Positions 24,723 through 37,050 of a stretch of 64,000 nucleotides of DNA are shown here, one piece after another. The stretch is taken from NCBI GenBank assembly GCA_013265495.1, contig MU058781.1, positions 5,397,050 through 5,461,049 on the forward strand, in the 5' to 3' direction. The translations under genes and the position numbers were made by a program. Below the pieces are notes generated by a model. It ran no database searches. It worked only from the letters and a program-made list of their open reading frames with translations, and was not told where the DNA came from. How positions within the stretch are numbered: position 1 is the first letter of the stretch; every line of letters starts with the position of its first letter. This DNA comes from Vicugna vicugna. Its lineage: Eukaryota.

Positions 24723-26289
24723 AGAGCAAATGGGAGCAAAGGGGAAAGGTGACTTCAGTAAGGTTCATTCCATTTGCAAAGGGGAAAATTACACTGAAAA
24801 TTGCTTTTGCCTCTTCTTTACAGTCAAAACTTAACTTGTCCTTCATTTTTACAGGCTGAAAAGTCTTCAGAGAAAGTATTTGTCATATCAAATCTTATCC
24901 TAAAATCAGATAAGAATGTTTAGGAATTCAGAACATCAAAGGAAATTATATAATTTCATGGCTAATCTAGATAAATTTTTTTGTTTGTTTTATTGGTAGA
25001 GCCCACATCAACTGTTTCCCCGGAGGACAGTGCAGCAATGGAATGCTTGGGGGGGCACCCCACTGTATGCCAAGTCAGGTAAAGTCACTGCCAGAGGCTC
25101 CATGCTGGAGGTTGGGCCAACACGGAACACACCGTCAAGGATGCCAAGAGCAGGTGAATAGAACAGAACCAGGGCGGGGTCAGTGTGTACCTGGGCCACA
25201 GTCCAGGCTTGTCAGGTGATCACCTCTGGGATAGGCTTGTTACTTTTAATCAGTCCTTCCCTACCTTTTTTGTGATCACATTTAGCCTGCTTTGAAGAGG
25301 CCAGTCCCGTTGGCATTTGTCAAACCAGGTTTAAAGCAAAAGTATCCCTTACCCGTATTTTCTAAATAGGATTGATAATTTTTTAAAACTGTGGAAAAAC
25401 TGGATAATGACTCTTGTCAAAAGCTCCAGTCACTGAAAATCTTCACAGTGGCATGAGTCAGAAAGAGAACACCTTCAAGTGGGGTGATCCATTTATTTTA
25501 TGCAGACAACTATAGCTTGTTACCTAATGCAGGTCTAGAACGTGTTTTACCTTGTTTGAGGAATCTCTAGTTTTCAGCTCTTGCTGCAGAAACATGGACT
25601 ATTTCCTGCACTACCATAGACCTCTCTATGGCTATCTGAGTAACTGAGATGGAAAGTCTTTAAACTGTTCTCTTTGAGCCCAAGAAACAAAGGGACTTAA
25701 AAAAACAACAGTGGCAGCAGTCTAATAAGATGATCCCTCTTGAAGCAATTCCATTTGATGAGTGATATGACTGTCCTCTATTAGATGGTTTTTCAGATTT
25801 TCCTCAGAGACCTCAGTAAAGTGATTTTTCATTCTTGTGATGCACAACTGAATTTCACACTCAGCTTTCTGTCAACATCTAAATCAGCATCAAGATAGGG
25901 TTAGTGCTTCTACTTTCATCTGGCCCTTGGGCTCTGGGAGATATTTGCTGTTTTTGCAGAAATTTAAATGACCAACACTCTTCAAAAAGCCAAGAACTTT
26001 CAAAAAATTGTGTCTATTTCAGTCTCGTTAACACTTCGAATGAAGGGGACAAGGAGTGTAAGTTTAAATGTCAGTTCTCTGAACAAGGCTCACTGTTCTG
26101 AAAGATGTCTTCATTTTGTAGCGGCCCTTTCTGAGCCTGGAAAACCTGCAAAAAACTTGCTAGAATAGAAATGACTAAGAGATTCTTCTATTTCTGGTAA
26201 TATTGTAGGTGAGTTACTCCAGATAACCTTCCTTCTGAAACAACTAAAAAATGCTGGATAAGGTTTTTAAAAATCATTGAAAATGCATG

Positions 26290-26920
26290 ACTGAAGTGGC
26301 AGTAATGAAAGACATCCACAAAGGATGAAACAGGGAAATTAAGAAAGTAAAGTGAGGATTTATTAAGAGATGGATAGTACACTCTCAAGGAGAGAATGGG
26401 CAGGCTCAGGTGAGCAGCTTCCCTGAGTTTCCTTGGCAAGTTGGTTACTTAGGGTGTAAAAATGAATGGGTGGAACATTCATTGGGGAGGGAAGAGTTTG
26501 GGGGCATAGTCCCTGATCTTCATCCCAACTCCACCTTCCCAAAGGAAGAAGGGAGTTTTGTCCTTATTTAGTCTGGATCGGAAGTGTCATGGCATGGGTG
26601 CATGATGGGTACTTCTGATCTGCAAGGGTAATTTTATTCAAATGAGGGCATAATGAGGAAAAGGTTACATTCGGACACAGAGATTCCTGCCTTTTCCCAT
26701 TTTTCCTTGTCAGCCTCCAGGTCACTTGTTACCCCCAAATTTGTGACCACTTATCAGCCCAGATGTTCTTGCTTTTCTTTCTCTGCCCAGGGACCCCTAT
26801 TGTTTACGTGATGTATGGTTTCCTGTATTTGGTCCATGCCCCTCCTTTTTGCTCAATTCCTGCCGTTTGGCCTGCGTCCCCCTTTCTCTGCTCATATCTA
26901 GCTGTCAGCCTGCTCTAACA
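26290..26920 (-). mobile_element. ERV1-type solo LTR
   Basis: Minus strand begins TGTTAGAGCAGGCTGACAGCTAGATATGAGCAG; minus-strand AATAAA at about 26359-26364; left boundary uncertain. Confidence 0.7.
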
Positions 26921-27449
26921 ATGGAAGGAAGTAAGTCGGCATTCACCCTGGGAGCAGGAGCCAACCCTGGCCACTTAAAGCCTCTGCTTTGACAGCTGCA
27001 TGGGGTGCAGAGACACACAGACAAAGACAAGGGTCCACCGAGGTGGGAATCTAATAGGAGACCCTGCAAAAAGCTGGGATGCCAAAGGACTACTCTCATT
27101 GTAAAGGTCTACCAAAAATAAACCTGCCTCACAGATGGGGACAGCGAGGAAAAAGGCAGCTTCCATCTTAACTCTGCGGAAGGGAGAAAAACTCAACTCC
27201 AAACATTTATAGCCAAAAGATGACTCTCTTGAAGATTTGCTGTCCAAATTCACCCTGCCTATTTTGTCCTACAAACCTCAAGCTAATAAATTATTTTAAA
27301 GTGTCATGGGTTGGTAATGCCCACACTAGAATAGAAAAAGCCAACACAACTACTTGCTGGATAAGCCAGAGGAATTATGTATTGATCCTCAAAGAATTTC
27401 TACAAATAAAGCATGAACCTTCAGTCACATGCAAATGCGCAAATACACA

Positions 27450-27965
27450 CACACACATAGTCACACAACAAAGAAATAAACCACCAGATGCAAGCCATCA
27501 GGAGTAACACACAGCAAAATCAAAGCCACAAAAATTTTAGAGATTGGACAGAGACCAAAAATTAACTATGATTTAACTGTTTGAAGATATGAAAGAGAGA
27601 TTAAAAGTATAAATGAGACAATAAAAATGGAGGTTGAGAAAGGAAAAAATTCATTTTATTAGTAAAAATAAAATAATTAAAACATAAAGCTTAAAAGACA
27701 TACTAACAGCAAAATTCACCCAATTTAAGAAAGAATTAAGTGAACAGGAAAATTGATTTAAAGAAATTGCTCAAAATGCAGCATAGAGAGACAAAGAGAT
27801 GAAAAATATGAAAGATTAATAGGAATCATGGAGAACTGAGTGAGGTCAGATAGACATCTAATTGCAGTTTATTTATCAGAGAGAATGAGGCAGAGGAGAG
27901 AGTCAAAGAGATCGAATTTCTAAAATTGTTGAAAGATACCGATTTTCATATTCAGAAACCCAAAG
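27450..27965 (+). mobile_element. Ancient L1/HAL1 ORF1 fragment
   Basis: A-rich, AAGAAAGAATTAAGTGAAC..AAGAAATTGCTCAAAATGCAGCATAGAGAGACAAAGAGATGAAAAATATGAAAG..ACATCTAATTG. Confidence 0.8.
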
Positions 27966-28288
27966 GAGGCATAGTGGTCATATATTAGCTTCTATAAAAT
28001 AATAACCATTCATTGAGTGCAGACCCTGTAACAACACTTTATATATGGAGTAATTTCACAGCCACAGACTCAGGCTTCCACAAATGTATCTTTATGCTTG
28101 TAAAACTCTACGCAGTGTTCCATCTCTAAGCCCCATTCTGTTTGATGTGGACGCTTAATCCAGTGGCTTCTGTGTGAACTCAGTCTGCCTCAGCGACTTC
28201 CCAGTTAATTCTGACTTACTGAAATCCTCTTCTCACAGTTCCCCTGCACTTCTTTCCTGGAGGTGTCTGTCAGCTTCTTGATCTAAGC

Positions 28289-28446
28289 CAGCAATTCTCA
28301 ACCTTGGCCGCTCATAACCATCAACCAGGGTGCTTTTTGAAATATGCTAAAGCCCAGGCCCCCCGTCAAGACATTCTGATGTCAAAGGGCTGGAGTGAAG
28401 CCCCAGCACCTGTACTTTGAAACATTCCACAGGCTGAAAATCACTG
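28289..28446. mobile_element. MER5A-like MITE with perfect 8-bp TSD
   Basis: CAGCAATTCTCAACCTTGG..TGAAAATCACTG flanked by ATCTAAGC at 28281-28288 and 28447-28454. Confidence 0.85.
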
Positions 28447-28519
28447 ATCTAAGCCCCACGTGGACCTTCTACTGCAGGTCAACCTCATCTCGTCTGGTTC
28501 TCACCTCTGCCCATGGACA

Positions 28520-28863
28520 GCAGCCTTCTCTAACTTTAATGTGTGAATGAGCTCCCTGAGATTTTTGCAAATTGTAGATCCTGATACAGAGGGTCTGGGA
28601 GGGGGCCTGAGATTTTGTGTTTCTAACACACGTCCAGGTGGTGCTGATGCTGCTTGTCTGTGGACCCCAGTTTGAGTAACTAGCAAGAGTGAACAGAACA
28701 GACTGAATCAGTGCTTCCCAACCTTGATTCCACATTGAAGTTACATGGGTAGTTTTTAAAACATGGTGATGCCTGAATTCTATCATCAGAGACTGTGATT
28801 ATTTGGACTGAGGTGCGGTCCAGCATTGGGAAGTTTAGAAACCCCCAAGATTGAGAGGCTCTG
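28520..28863. mobile_element. Two more MER5-like MITEs (about 28520-28687 and 28709-28863)
   Basis: GGGGGCCTGAGATTTTGTGTTTCTAAC..CCAGGTGGTGCTGATGCTGCT; CAGTGCTTCCCAACCTTG. Confidence 0.8.
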
Positions 28864-28879
28864 CCTTGACTAACGGCCT

Positions 28880-29066
28880 AGTATGATTGTTAATTTTGTG
28901 CGTTAACTTCACTGGATAACAGGATGCCCAAAAGTATGGTTAAACGTTATCTCTGAATGTGCCTGTGGGGGTGTTTCAGAAGAGATTAGCATTTGAATTG
29001 ATGGAACAAATAAAGCACAAGGCCCTCCCCAATGTGGGTGGGCCTCATGCAGTCTGTTGTTGGCCT
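28880..29066 (+). mobile_element. 5' part of an MLT2 (ERVL) LTR, truncated
   Basis: GTATGATTGTTAATTTTGTGCGTTAACTT..GGATGCCCA..GAAGAGATTAGCATTTGAATTG..GCCCTCCCCAATGTGGGTGGGCCTCAT. Confidence 0.88.
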
Positions 29067-30589
29067 ATAAATAATGTGACTGTCTTACTCCTTTCTGTTT
29101 CATGTAACACCCTTTACCACTACCTGCATGTGATTCATGAGCCCCCATATTCTTGATTAATTAATTATTTACCCAAATTCATTCCTTCTTTTTTACATAT
29201 AATAAAAATGTGGATGTATTAATAAAGATTAGAGGGGGATAAAGCTTTGTGGTCCATTAAAAGTAACTACTTAACATTACAGATTCTTAGTCCTTTTACA
29301 GTCATCTTAGGTTGTCAGACTGTAATCAACAGTGATGCGAATTCAGCTGTGAGTCAAAAATATTTTTACAATTAATATTCTTACATGTATTCTGGTTTAC
29401 TTGAGGCAGAGAACGATGTTGGATAATTCCAGCTGTGTCTACACAAAGCAAATGTCTTAGGCTGAACAATGAAGTTATGACTGGGGTAAGAGTGGGGTTT
29501 TTTTTTTTTAATTTTCTTTTCATCTTCCACGAATCCTGAGCATATGGAAAGATGCAATATGGAAATATTTTGAAGAATATAAAACCACATCATTATGAAA
29601 TCTCTCGGGAGTCAAAATTCAAGCCAGTAAAAGCAGCAATTCTGGAACAAGTCTTTTCAGAACCGATGATATTTATGGCAGGAAGCTTTGTTATCCTCAC
29701 TTCTTGCCCAAAAGCTGTGGGAAGTTGCAGCAAGTAGGGTGAGAAGCAAACTGGTAATAAAGTTCTCATTGGCTAGGGACTCCCATACTGAGAGCAACTG
29801 AGAAAGTTAAGGAAGTCCTCTGGGTTCAGGAAGGGTTCGTCTCACAACCAGAGAGATAGAGATTATTTTCTGTGTCTTCATGATGTTGGAGAAATAATTT
29901 GGTCACAAGCCTCTCCTTATCACAATGGCTTTTTAAAATGTTCAGTGTGAATATTTGATGCTTTCACTGTAATCACTGTATCCATGTGCCTTAGTCTGTG
30001 TTTTACCAGTACAGTTTCTAGTATGTCGCCTGTGGTACGATCAAGAATTAGTAACAAGTGTTAGTGAAAAGAAGTATTCTTTATGTTTATGACACTTTTT
30101 AGAAGTTCAGAGCATGTTTCTTCTCTCTGCATATGGCTCCTCAAACATAAATATATTTATGCTTAAGATGTTTTCTTAGCAGGAATTAAAGAACCTCACT
30201 ATGAAATGATAATCTGTGTGTTCATAAGACAATGAGAAGTGATAGGTACTTGGATTCTATTGCTGAATTTAGGACCAAAATGTGACTCAGCAGCAGATTA
30301 TGGGACAGATGGGGCTGAGGAACTAACTACATAGACAGGAGTCCAGTAGATTTTCCAGGGCCCTCTGCCTCCTCCCCCATCACAATAACAGGAAGGAAGT
30401 GGGTACTGACTGGTGTTGTGGTGGGCAGACCTTCCCTAGGCACTGTTGTGAGGAGAATCAGTTACTCCGCATCTGACACTTATGAATACCCAGCCTTCCT
30501 CAACTGAAGGCTCATCTGCTCAGTCACAGGAATTCAACCAGAGCTGACATGCTCTTCCTGTATCATCTGCTTACATTATCACAGTGAGT

Positions 30590-30750
30590 GGTCATTGTCA
30601 CTTTACACTTTGGTCTATTCTGCTAGAACATGAGCTTGGGAATTCCTAGGACTCAGGAATTGTGCCTAATTTGTTGCTGTATCCTTAATACTTAGAACTG
30701 AGCCAGGTACACAGTAGAGGCTCTGAAGAGCTCTGTTAAATGACTGAGTA
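30590..30750 (+). mobile_element. L2 3' end
   Basis: CTAGAACATGAGCTT..GCTGTATCCTTAATACTTAGAAC..CCAGGTACACAGTAGAGGCTC..TGTTAAATGACTGA. Confidence 0.75.
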
Positions 30751-30789
30751 GGTTCCCGTAACAGAAAGACGGGATTGCTGTGGGTGCAG

Positions 30790-31190
30790 GAATCTCTCCC
30801 GTACGATGCCTTCAGCTACAAGTAACAGAAGGCCCGACTCAAAGTGGCGTCAGAGCCGATCGACCCAGCTGTTCCACGAGAGCATCAAGGCTCTGGGTCC
30901 TCTTCAGCTGTCACTCTGCCCTCCGTAGTGTCAGCTTCATGCTGGTTCTCTCCAAGGTTGCAGGCTGGTTTCCTCGAGGAAATAACATCATTCTCTGTTT
31001 GTGTTTGGGTCGAGGGAGTGCCAGCAGTCCTTCCCTTCAGCCAGATTGGTCCATCCCTCAACCATGAGCTGACACCTGGGGTGTGTCTGGGTTCCTGAAT
31101 CAGTAACTAGCAAGGGGAGTGGGATTACCATGACTGATGTAAACTGATCAGGGTCTTTGAGATCAATTCTAAATAAATGAAGACTTGGAT
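30790..31190 (-). mobile_element. Old MLT1 (K/L-like) LTR remnant
   Basis: CAGCTACAAGTAACAGAAGGCCCGACTCAAAGTGGC, TCCTGAATCAGTAACTAGCAAGGGGAGTGGGATTACCATGACTG. Confidence 0.65.
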
Positions 31191-31889
31191 GGAATAGAGG
31201 CTTCGACCACAAGGGTACAGGTGCCAATAGAGATTTAGATAACATCATTAATTTCTAAGTGAAGTGTTAGTGGTTGTCACATTTTCCCAATTAGTGTTAG
31301 TCTTTTTGCAAATACCGAAAAGTCTACATCAAATGTCTATGCTATATCTTTGCAATGCCACACAAGAAATGAACAAGTCCAGGGTATGGTCACTATTGTT
31401 GTTATGGCTGGGGAACCAGAAATTAAGTTCTACTTTATTAATAGATGCAGAAGAGCTCAAACCCAAGACAAGTCTCCTGGAAAATGGGAATGTTTTGCTT
31501 CTACTCACCCAACTTCCTCTAGATTTTAAATCTCATGCAAAGCATCCTGGGGTGAGGAGGTCAGGGAGCAAGCTCAAGACGGCAAGACCGTTTTACAGAG
31601 AAGATTCCTCACAGCTTCATGCAAAGAGGAGATAGAAAATAAATGGAATGAACAGGGCTGGCCTGCCCCTGAGATCTAGTTCCTGAGTAGATCTGAGACA
31701 AGAAACCCAAGAGTAAGAAGGAAGAGTTTGAGCACTTACCTTCGGGACACAATAATCCCACCCATTGGTAAAATGTAGCTCAATGAATGAACCAAACACA
31801 ACCAATAATAACAATTTCTCCTCCATTATGGGGTGGGCAACTGAGATCCTGGTATTACAGGTTCCCCCTCTCACTATATCTGGGAGATA

Positions 31890-32050
31890 TTACAGGTTAA
31901 CGAATATCTACAAGGCACTTGACAGTTTACACTCACAAACACTCTCTTATTCTGTGTGCAGTGACTGTTACCACCCATTTTACAGATGATGAGAGTGAGA
32001 TCCAGAACTCTTCAGATGTACTAATCCCACAGCACATGCTCTTGTGTCAC
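31890..32050 (-). mobile_element. MIR SINE
   Basis: GGCACTTGACAGTTTAC..CCCATTTTACAGATGATGAG. Confidence 0.7.
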
Positions 32051-32149
32051 TAGGCTCTGAAGAAGGAAAACAAACCATCTAAATTTAGGGTAAATGTTTA
32101 ATGTTGGCAAAGGGATGAAAGGGACAAGGAGGGTCAGCTTGTCTGGAAG

Positions 32150-32311
32150 CAGGCTGCTCAAAGTGTATTTCATGGACCAAGAGCATCAGTGTCACCTGAG
32201 GCCTTGTTAGGAAGGAATTTCAGGCCCTCCCCAGACCTAGGCAATCAGAATCTGAATTTAAACCAGTTCCCCAAGAGATTTGAAAGCACATTGAAGTATG
32301 AGAAGTTCTTG
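32150..32311. mobile_element. MER5A-like MITE
   Basis: CTCAAAGTGT..GCATCAGTGTCACCTGAG..CAGGCCCTCCCCAGACCTA..ATCAGAATCTG..GCACATTGAAGTATGAGAAG. Confidence 0.85.
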
Positions 32312-33944
32312 CTTAGAACGGGTAGCACCCCGCCTGGGGTCTTGGGTTACTATGGATCAGGAAGCAGGAGACCGAGCGTCCTGTGAGGATGATGTGTGGG
32401 CAGACCTGCGGACTAGGAGATAACAGGATGCCTTCTGAGTAATTGGTGATGGGAACTAGACAGTGTTACAGCCCAGACTGAGGTCTCATATGGTAGCAGC
32501 TGCTTCTGTGTCCAGAACATGTCTATGCTGTCCAGATGAACAAAGCACTCCATGGAAGATGGCTCTTGACATATTTTTGTTGGTGCAAGGTTGGCCCATT
32601 AATTGTTCAGGACTACTCTGGTTTGTGCTTCTGCTTGTGCAAAGTCTGCTACCATGATTGGAAAAACCCTTGCAAACTGCACGGTAAACTCCAGGCAAGA
32701 ACTAAGGAGATTTTTAACTTTTTCTCTTTCATCTCTTACATAAAAGGAGAAGCAAGATTATTTCCTTCTACGGAAGTGATAACAATTAAGACCTGGCTTC
32801 ACCGTTCCCCAAAGCAAGTTGAGTACATTTATGTCTCTTTTCAAGGAAGCAAAATTTATCCCAGCATGCAAAGCGTGCAAAGCTTAAAACTCACATGGAA
32901 ATGTAGTCTTCCAAGAAAATTGGATTTTAATCATTGCCCTGTTGTAAAGCCGGCAGAGCAATCCGTGGTCAGGGAGGGGCCACCGTCCAGCAGAGAACCA
33001 CAGACTACAGAGAGTTTCATATCTGCTCAGCTCCCTTTTGTGAGTTCACACAGCGAATTATGTTTCATTTTTATGCTTCACAAAAACTCTCCAGAAAAGA
33101 AAGATTTCTAAAAAAACAAAATCTCCTCTTCTATTAAAGCCCCTTTCACATAAGCAAGGCTTTTATTTCAGCTTTCACGATACTCTTTGCTCTTCTGTGC
33201 TTTGTGCTGAAATCTTATAAAATCAAGATTTGGCTCTTTTATAATTCATGGCATGTGATGTTTTTGACCCTTGAATTTTCTTGAGACAAGGAAAGTGATT
33301 ATACAGTTCCGTTCTATTGCATGGGGCAGTGGGTCTTTATTTTTCTATGAAAGCTCAGGATTTAGACTTTTCTTGATTAAGTTTGGTACCTATACCCTGC
33401 TGCCTCAGAGCAAAGTCTAACAAAAAAATACAATCAAGTGTCACTTTTTTTTTTTGAACTAACTGGGTGAGAAAGCACACTAAATCCATAAAAAGTTTAT
33501 TATAGACACCACTTTAAAGAAATACAATTTTATTGCTTTCAAGCACATATAAGCTCAAGTTAGGCTAATCAAGTGGTATCTGATAAAGGTCCTTTAAGGG
33601 CTTGCTTTAGCAAATAAACAACGATGAAGTGTAATTATCACAATTCATTGACTAATTAATATTCTTCAGTACCACTGGTTTATGACTAGCTCACCAATAT
33701 CCCTGGTTTATTTTTATTTCACAACCATCCTGCTTCTCTAAGAAGCGAGCTTCTTAAGTTTATTTACCTAAGTAATTAAAAAATTCTCCACTGAGTCTTT
33801 TTTTACATGGTTAATTGCTTAATAAAGCGTGATTTCAACCTTACCATTTTATAGTCAAGGTTTAAAGGGACTCTAAGCATAAGATGGGTCTGCAGCTAAA
33901 TGATCTTTAACTCTGATTTGATGATGCCTTTTAATGAAGTGTGG

Positions 33945-34135
33945 GTTAGTGGAGGAAAAAAATTGAAAGACCTGGATTGAAAACAAATTATTAACCCTCT
34001 TCGATTTTATTTCTTCATCTGTTTGGGACTGATCCACACCCTCAAAGATTGTGTTAGGATAAAATGGATTTCAAGTATGTAGAATTGCTCTTTAAACAGA
34101 AAAGCACTATTCATATGTTGGGTGTTATTGCTATT
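33945..34135 (+). mobile_element. Degenerate MIR; its tail forms the start of the inverted-repeat left arm
   Basis: GACCTGGATTG..TTTCTTCATCTGT..CCTCAAAGATTGTGTTAGGATAAAATG..AAAGCACTATTCATATGTTGGGTGTTATT. Confidence 0.6.
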
Positions 34136-34334
34136 TCAAAATCCGGGTTGCTGAAGCCCAAGTTAATGGGAGTTGTTTTTTTTTTCATGTATGAAAAGAA
34201 CTTGTTCAGTTAGGTTTTTCCCAGGGTGAATCACTCCTTGTGAGTAAGGAAACTTATCAAGAAAGTCCTCCACCATTTTTAGGCCATTAACTTGGGCTCC
34301 AGCAACCCGGATTTTGAAATAGCAATAACACCCA
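34119..34334. repeat. Near-perfect inverted repeat, 51-bp arms, 114-bp spacer
   Basis: 34119-34169 equals the reverse complement of 34284-34334 at 50 of 51 positions. Confidence 0.97.
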
Positions 34335-35302
34335 GTTATCTTTCTGCCTCTTCTGACTGACTAGAGCCTGCAATTAGATGACATTCAACAATCACTGAAA
34401 ACCGTCTAGAGAGAAGACCCCTTTGCTGGGTGCTGGGCTCGGCGGGGGGGGGGTGGGATCTGAGGTGGACAGAGGGCTGAAAGGCAGATTCAACAGCCCA
34501 CCTGTCCAGTCCTCAGGAATTCAGTCTGTGGAAGGACACTTGTTGGACAGTCACACCCTATCAGTCAAGTAGTGTTAAGTGCAAAATAGAGATATAAAAC
34601 GTACATAGAAAGGGGAGATTAATTCGGACTGAGAATGTCTAGAAAGTCTTCTAAGAGGAGATGAGATTTTAGCCAAGCCTTGAAAAATGTATGGGGTCTG
34701 AAGAAGAAGTTAGATCACTGGTTGGATCCAGTCTGGTGAGTTTTGGGGAGGGTTAGGACAACACAAGGTGGATGGAAGAGGTTGGAGCATGAAGTGGGAT
34801 GGACTGTTGAAGCAGGTAGAAATCTGCATCCCCAAACTGAGGTGTGCAAAATGGCACTTCTTTACTCTGCTGAAATCAACTTAGCCCAGACTCTGAGCCC
34901 CTCTGCCACCAAGCAGGAGGGAAATCCCATCTGGCCATGAGGAGCTGCCTTCCCTCTCCCTTACACAGCAGTGTGTGGTGCTTGTGAGGCCCCCAGAAAA
35001 TGGGGCAGGGACTGTCTATGCTCTACTCAACCAGAGTCACCATTGAGGTTTTCGGTGCTTGTGACTTTCATTTTGAGATGGAAAGCAGACATCTTTGCCT
35101 CCTCTGGGTGCCCAGCAGCCTCTCTGGGCCCACCATGCAGCCACATACTTCTAACAGCCCTCACCTTGCTCGTCTTACTTGAGAAGCAGCCACTCCCAGG
35201 GCTTCTATCACCTCTCCACCCTGGGAAATTACTCCTTCTCTCCTCTTGCTACCTTCAGAGGCAGTCATATCCTTGTCCTGCCTCAGGGACCCCTAGTAGA
35301 AT

Positions 35303-35701
35303 TGTATCAGTCTGTTCAGGTGGCTATAACAAAATGCTATAAACTGGGTGGCTTAAACAAAAGACATCTATTTTCTCACAGCTCTGGAGGCTGGGGAGTC
35401 CAAGATCAAGGTGCTGGAAGATTTGGTTTTCTTGGTGGGGGCTCTCTTCCTAGCTTGCAGACAGCCACCTTCTCATTGTGTCCTCAAACGGCCTTTCCTC
35501 AGTGCATGTGCTTTGAGTGATGGAGCTCTTCTGTCTCTTCCACTTTTTACAAGGGCACTAATCCCATCATAAGGGTCCCACCCTCATAACCAAATCTAAA
35601 TCTAATCACCTCCCAGAGGCCCCACTTCCAAATACCATGGCACTGGGGGTTGGACTTCAACATATGAATTTTGGGGAGCTACAGAACTTCAGTTAATAAC
35701 A
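35303..35701 (-). mobile_element. MLT1A-type solo LTR
   Basis: CTGGGTGGCTTAAACAA, TTCTCACAGCTCTGGAGGCTGGG..CCAAGATCAAGGTG, AAGGGCACTAATCCCATC; TSD-like AGAAT/ATAAT. Confidence 0.92.
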
Positions 35702-36536
35702 ATAATGTGTGCAATAAACTCAGATCTATGCAAATAGCAGGAGTCCTGCTGGCTCTGCACTGGAAGAAATAGAAAGGGCCCAGCTCCCTATTTGAAACAG
35801 AGGTGGAAAGGTGGAAATACAGAGGAAAAAGCTCAAGGTAATGGTATCTCAGGAAAGAAAGCAGTCACATATTTTATAGCTTTTCTCATATGACTGTATT
35901 TTGCTGTTACTCAATTCTTTATTTGGATTGATTTTTAAACTCAACTGTATTGTGTGTACCTGAAGGTCAGTAAACAGGTTTTATATCTGTTTATCCTCTC
36001 TGGCACTTAGGTGAGTTGTATAATCAGAGAAAGCACTTATGAATATCTGTTGAATGACAAGAAATGAATATTCTCCAAGACTTCCCAGCATAGTACCAAG
36101 GGCCAGCCCTACATGGAGAGGAGTCTGTGGCTTCTCAGGAATATAACACTCCCAACAATTGCCCCAACACACACACCTCAAAGGACACATCAATAAACAA
36201 AGACTTCAAAAGCACAGGATAATTTCCTATTTTGCAAGCTATTTCCTTTTTAGTGTTAGACGATGGAGAAATTCATACTTATTATCACTGTAAAAGGTTT
36301 TAATTTGCTGTGTGACCTTCACACAGGAAACTTACCCAAGAGAAACGTTATCAGATATTGCAGAAAGACCATGGGCCCATGAAGCCGCATTTCCAAACAT
36401 TGCTACGGTTGGGATCCAGGGGGAGCAGTAAACTGGATGTCTTTATTACCGTTATAACCAAGCAGATCTAAAAGATCACCTTCTCTCTCACACAGGCACA
36501 CACAGATATATAGATACTAGAATCCTAAATAGAGGT

Positions 36537-37050
36537 GGTATGAATTTTCCACGGCTGCTGTAACAAATTACTACAAAGGTGGTGACTTAAAACCATAGAA
36601 CTGTATTCTCGCATGCTTTTAGGGACCAGAAGTCTGAAATTAGTGTCACTAGGCTAAAATCAAGGTGTCAGTAAGACCCACTCCTTCCAGAGGCTCTAGG
36701 CTCTAGGATCCATTCCTGGTCTCTTTTGGTTTTGGTGGCTTCAGCATTGCTTGGCTTATGTCTGCATCACTCCAATCTTCAAGGTCAACATCATCAAATC
36801 TCTCTCTGCTGTCTTCACATCACCTTCTCCTCTGCATGTGTCAAATCTCCTTCTGCCTCCCTCTTAGAAGGGTACATATGACTGCTTTTAGGGCCTATCT
36901 GGATAATCCAGGATGATCTTTCAATCTCAAGATCCTTAATTTAATCACATATGCAAAATCCTTTTTTTTTCCCCCAGATAAGGTAACATTCACAGGTCAC
37001 ATTGAGTAGGACATGGATATCTTGTAAGGACCATTTTTCAGTCTATCATA
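36537..37050 (-). mobile_element. MLT1C/D-type solo LTR
   Basis: GCTGCTGTAACAAATTAC, GGCTAAAATCAAGGTGTCAG, GGATAATCCAGGATGATCT, AAGGTAACATTCACAGGT. Confidence 0.9.

Noticed and set aside
32536..33111. 191-aa ORF
   Set aside because: No recognisable motif or coding-like composition; one such ORF in 64 kb can occur by chance.
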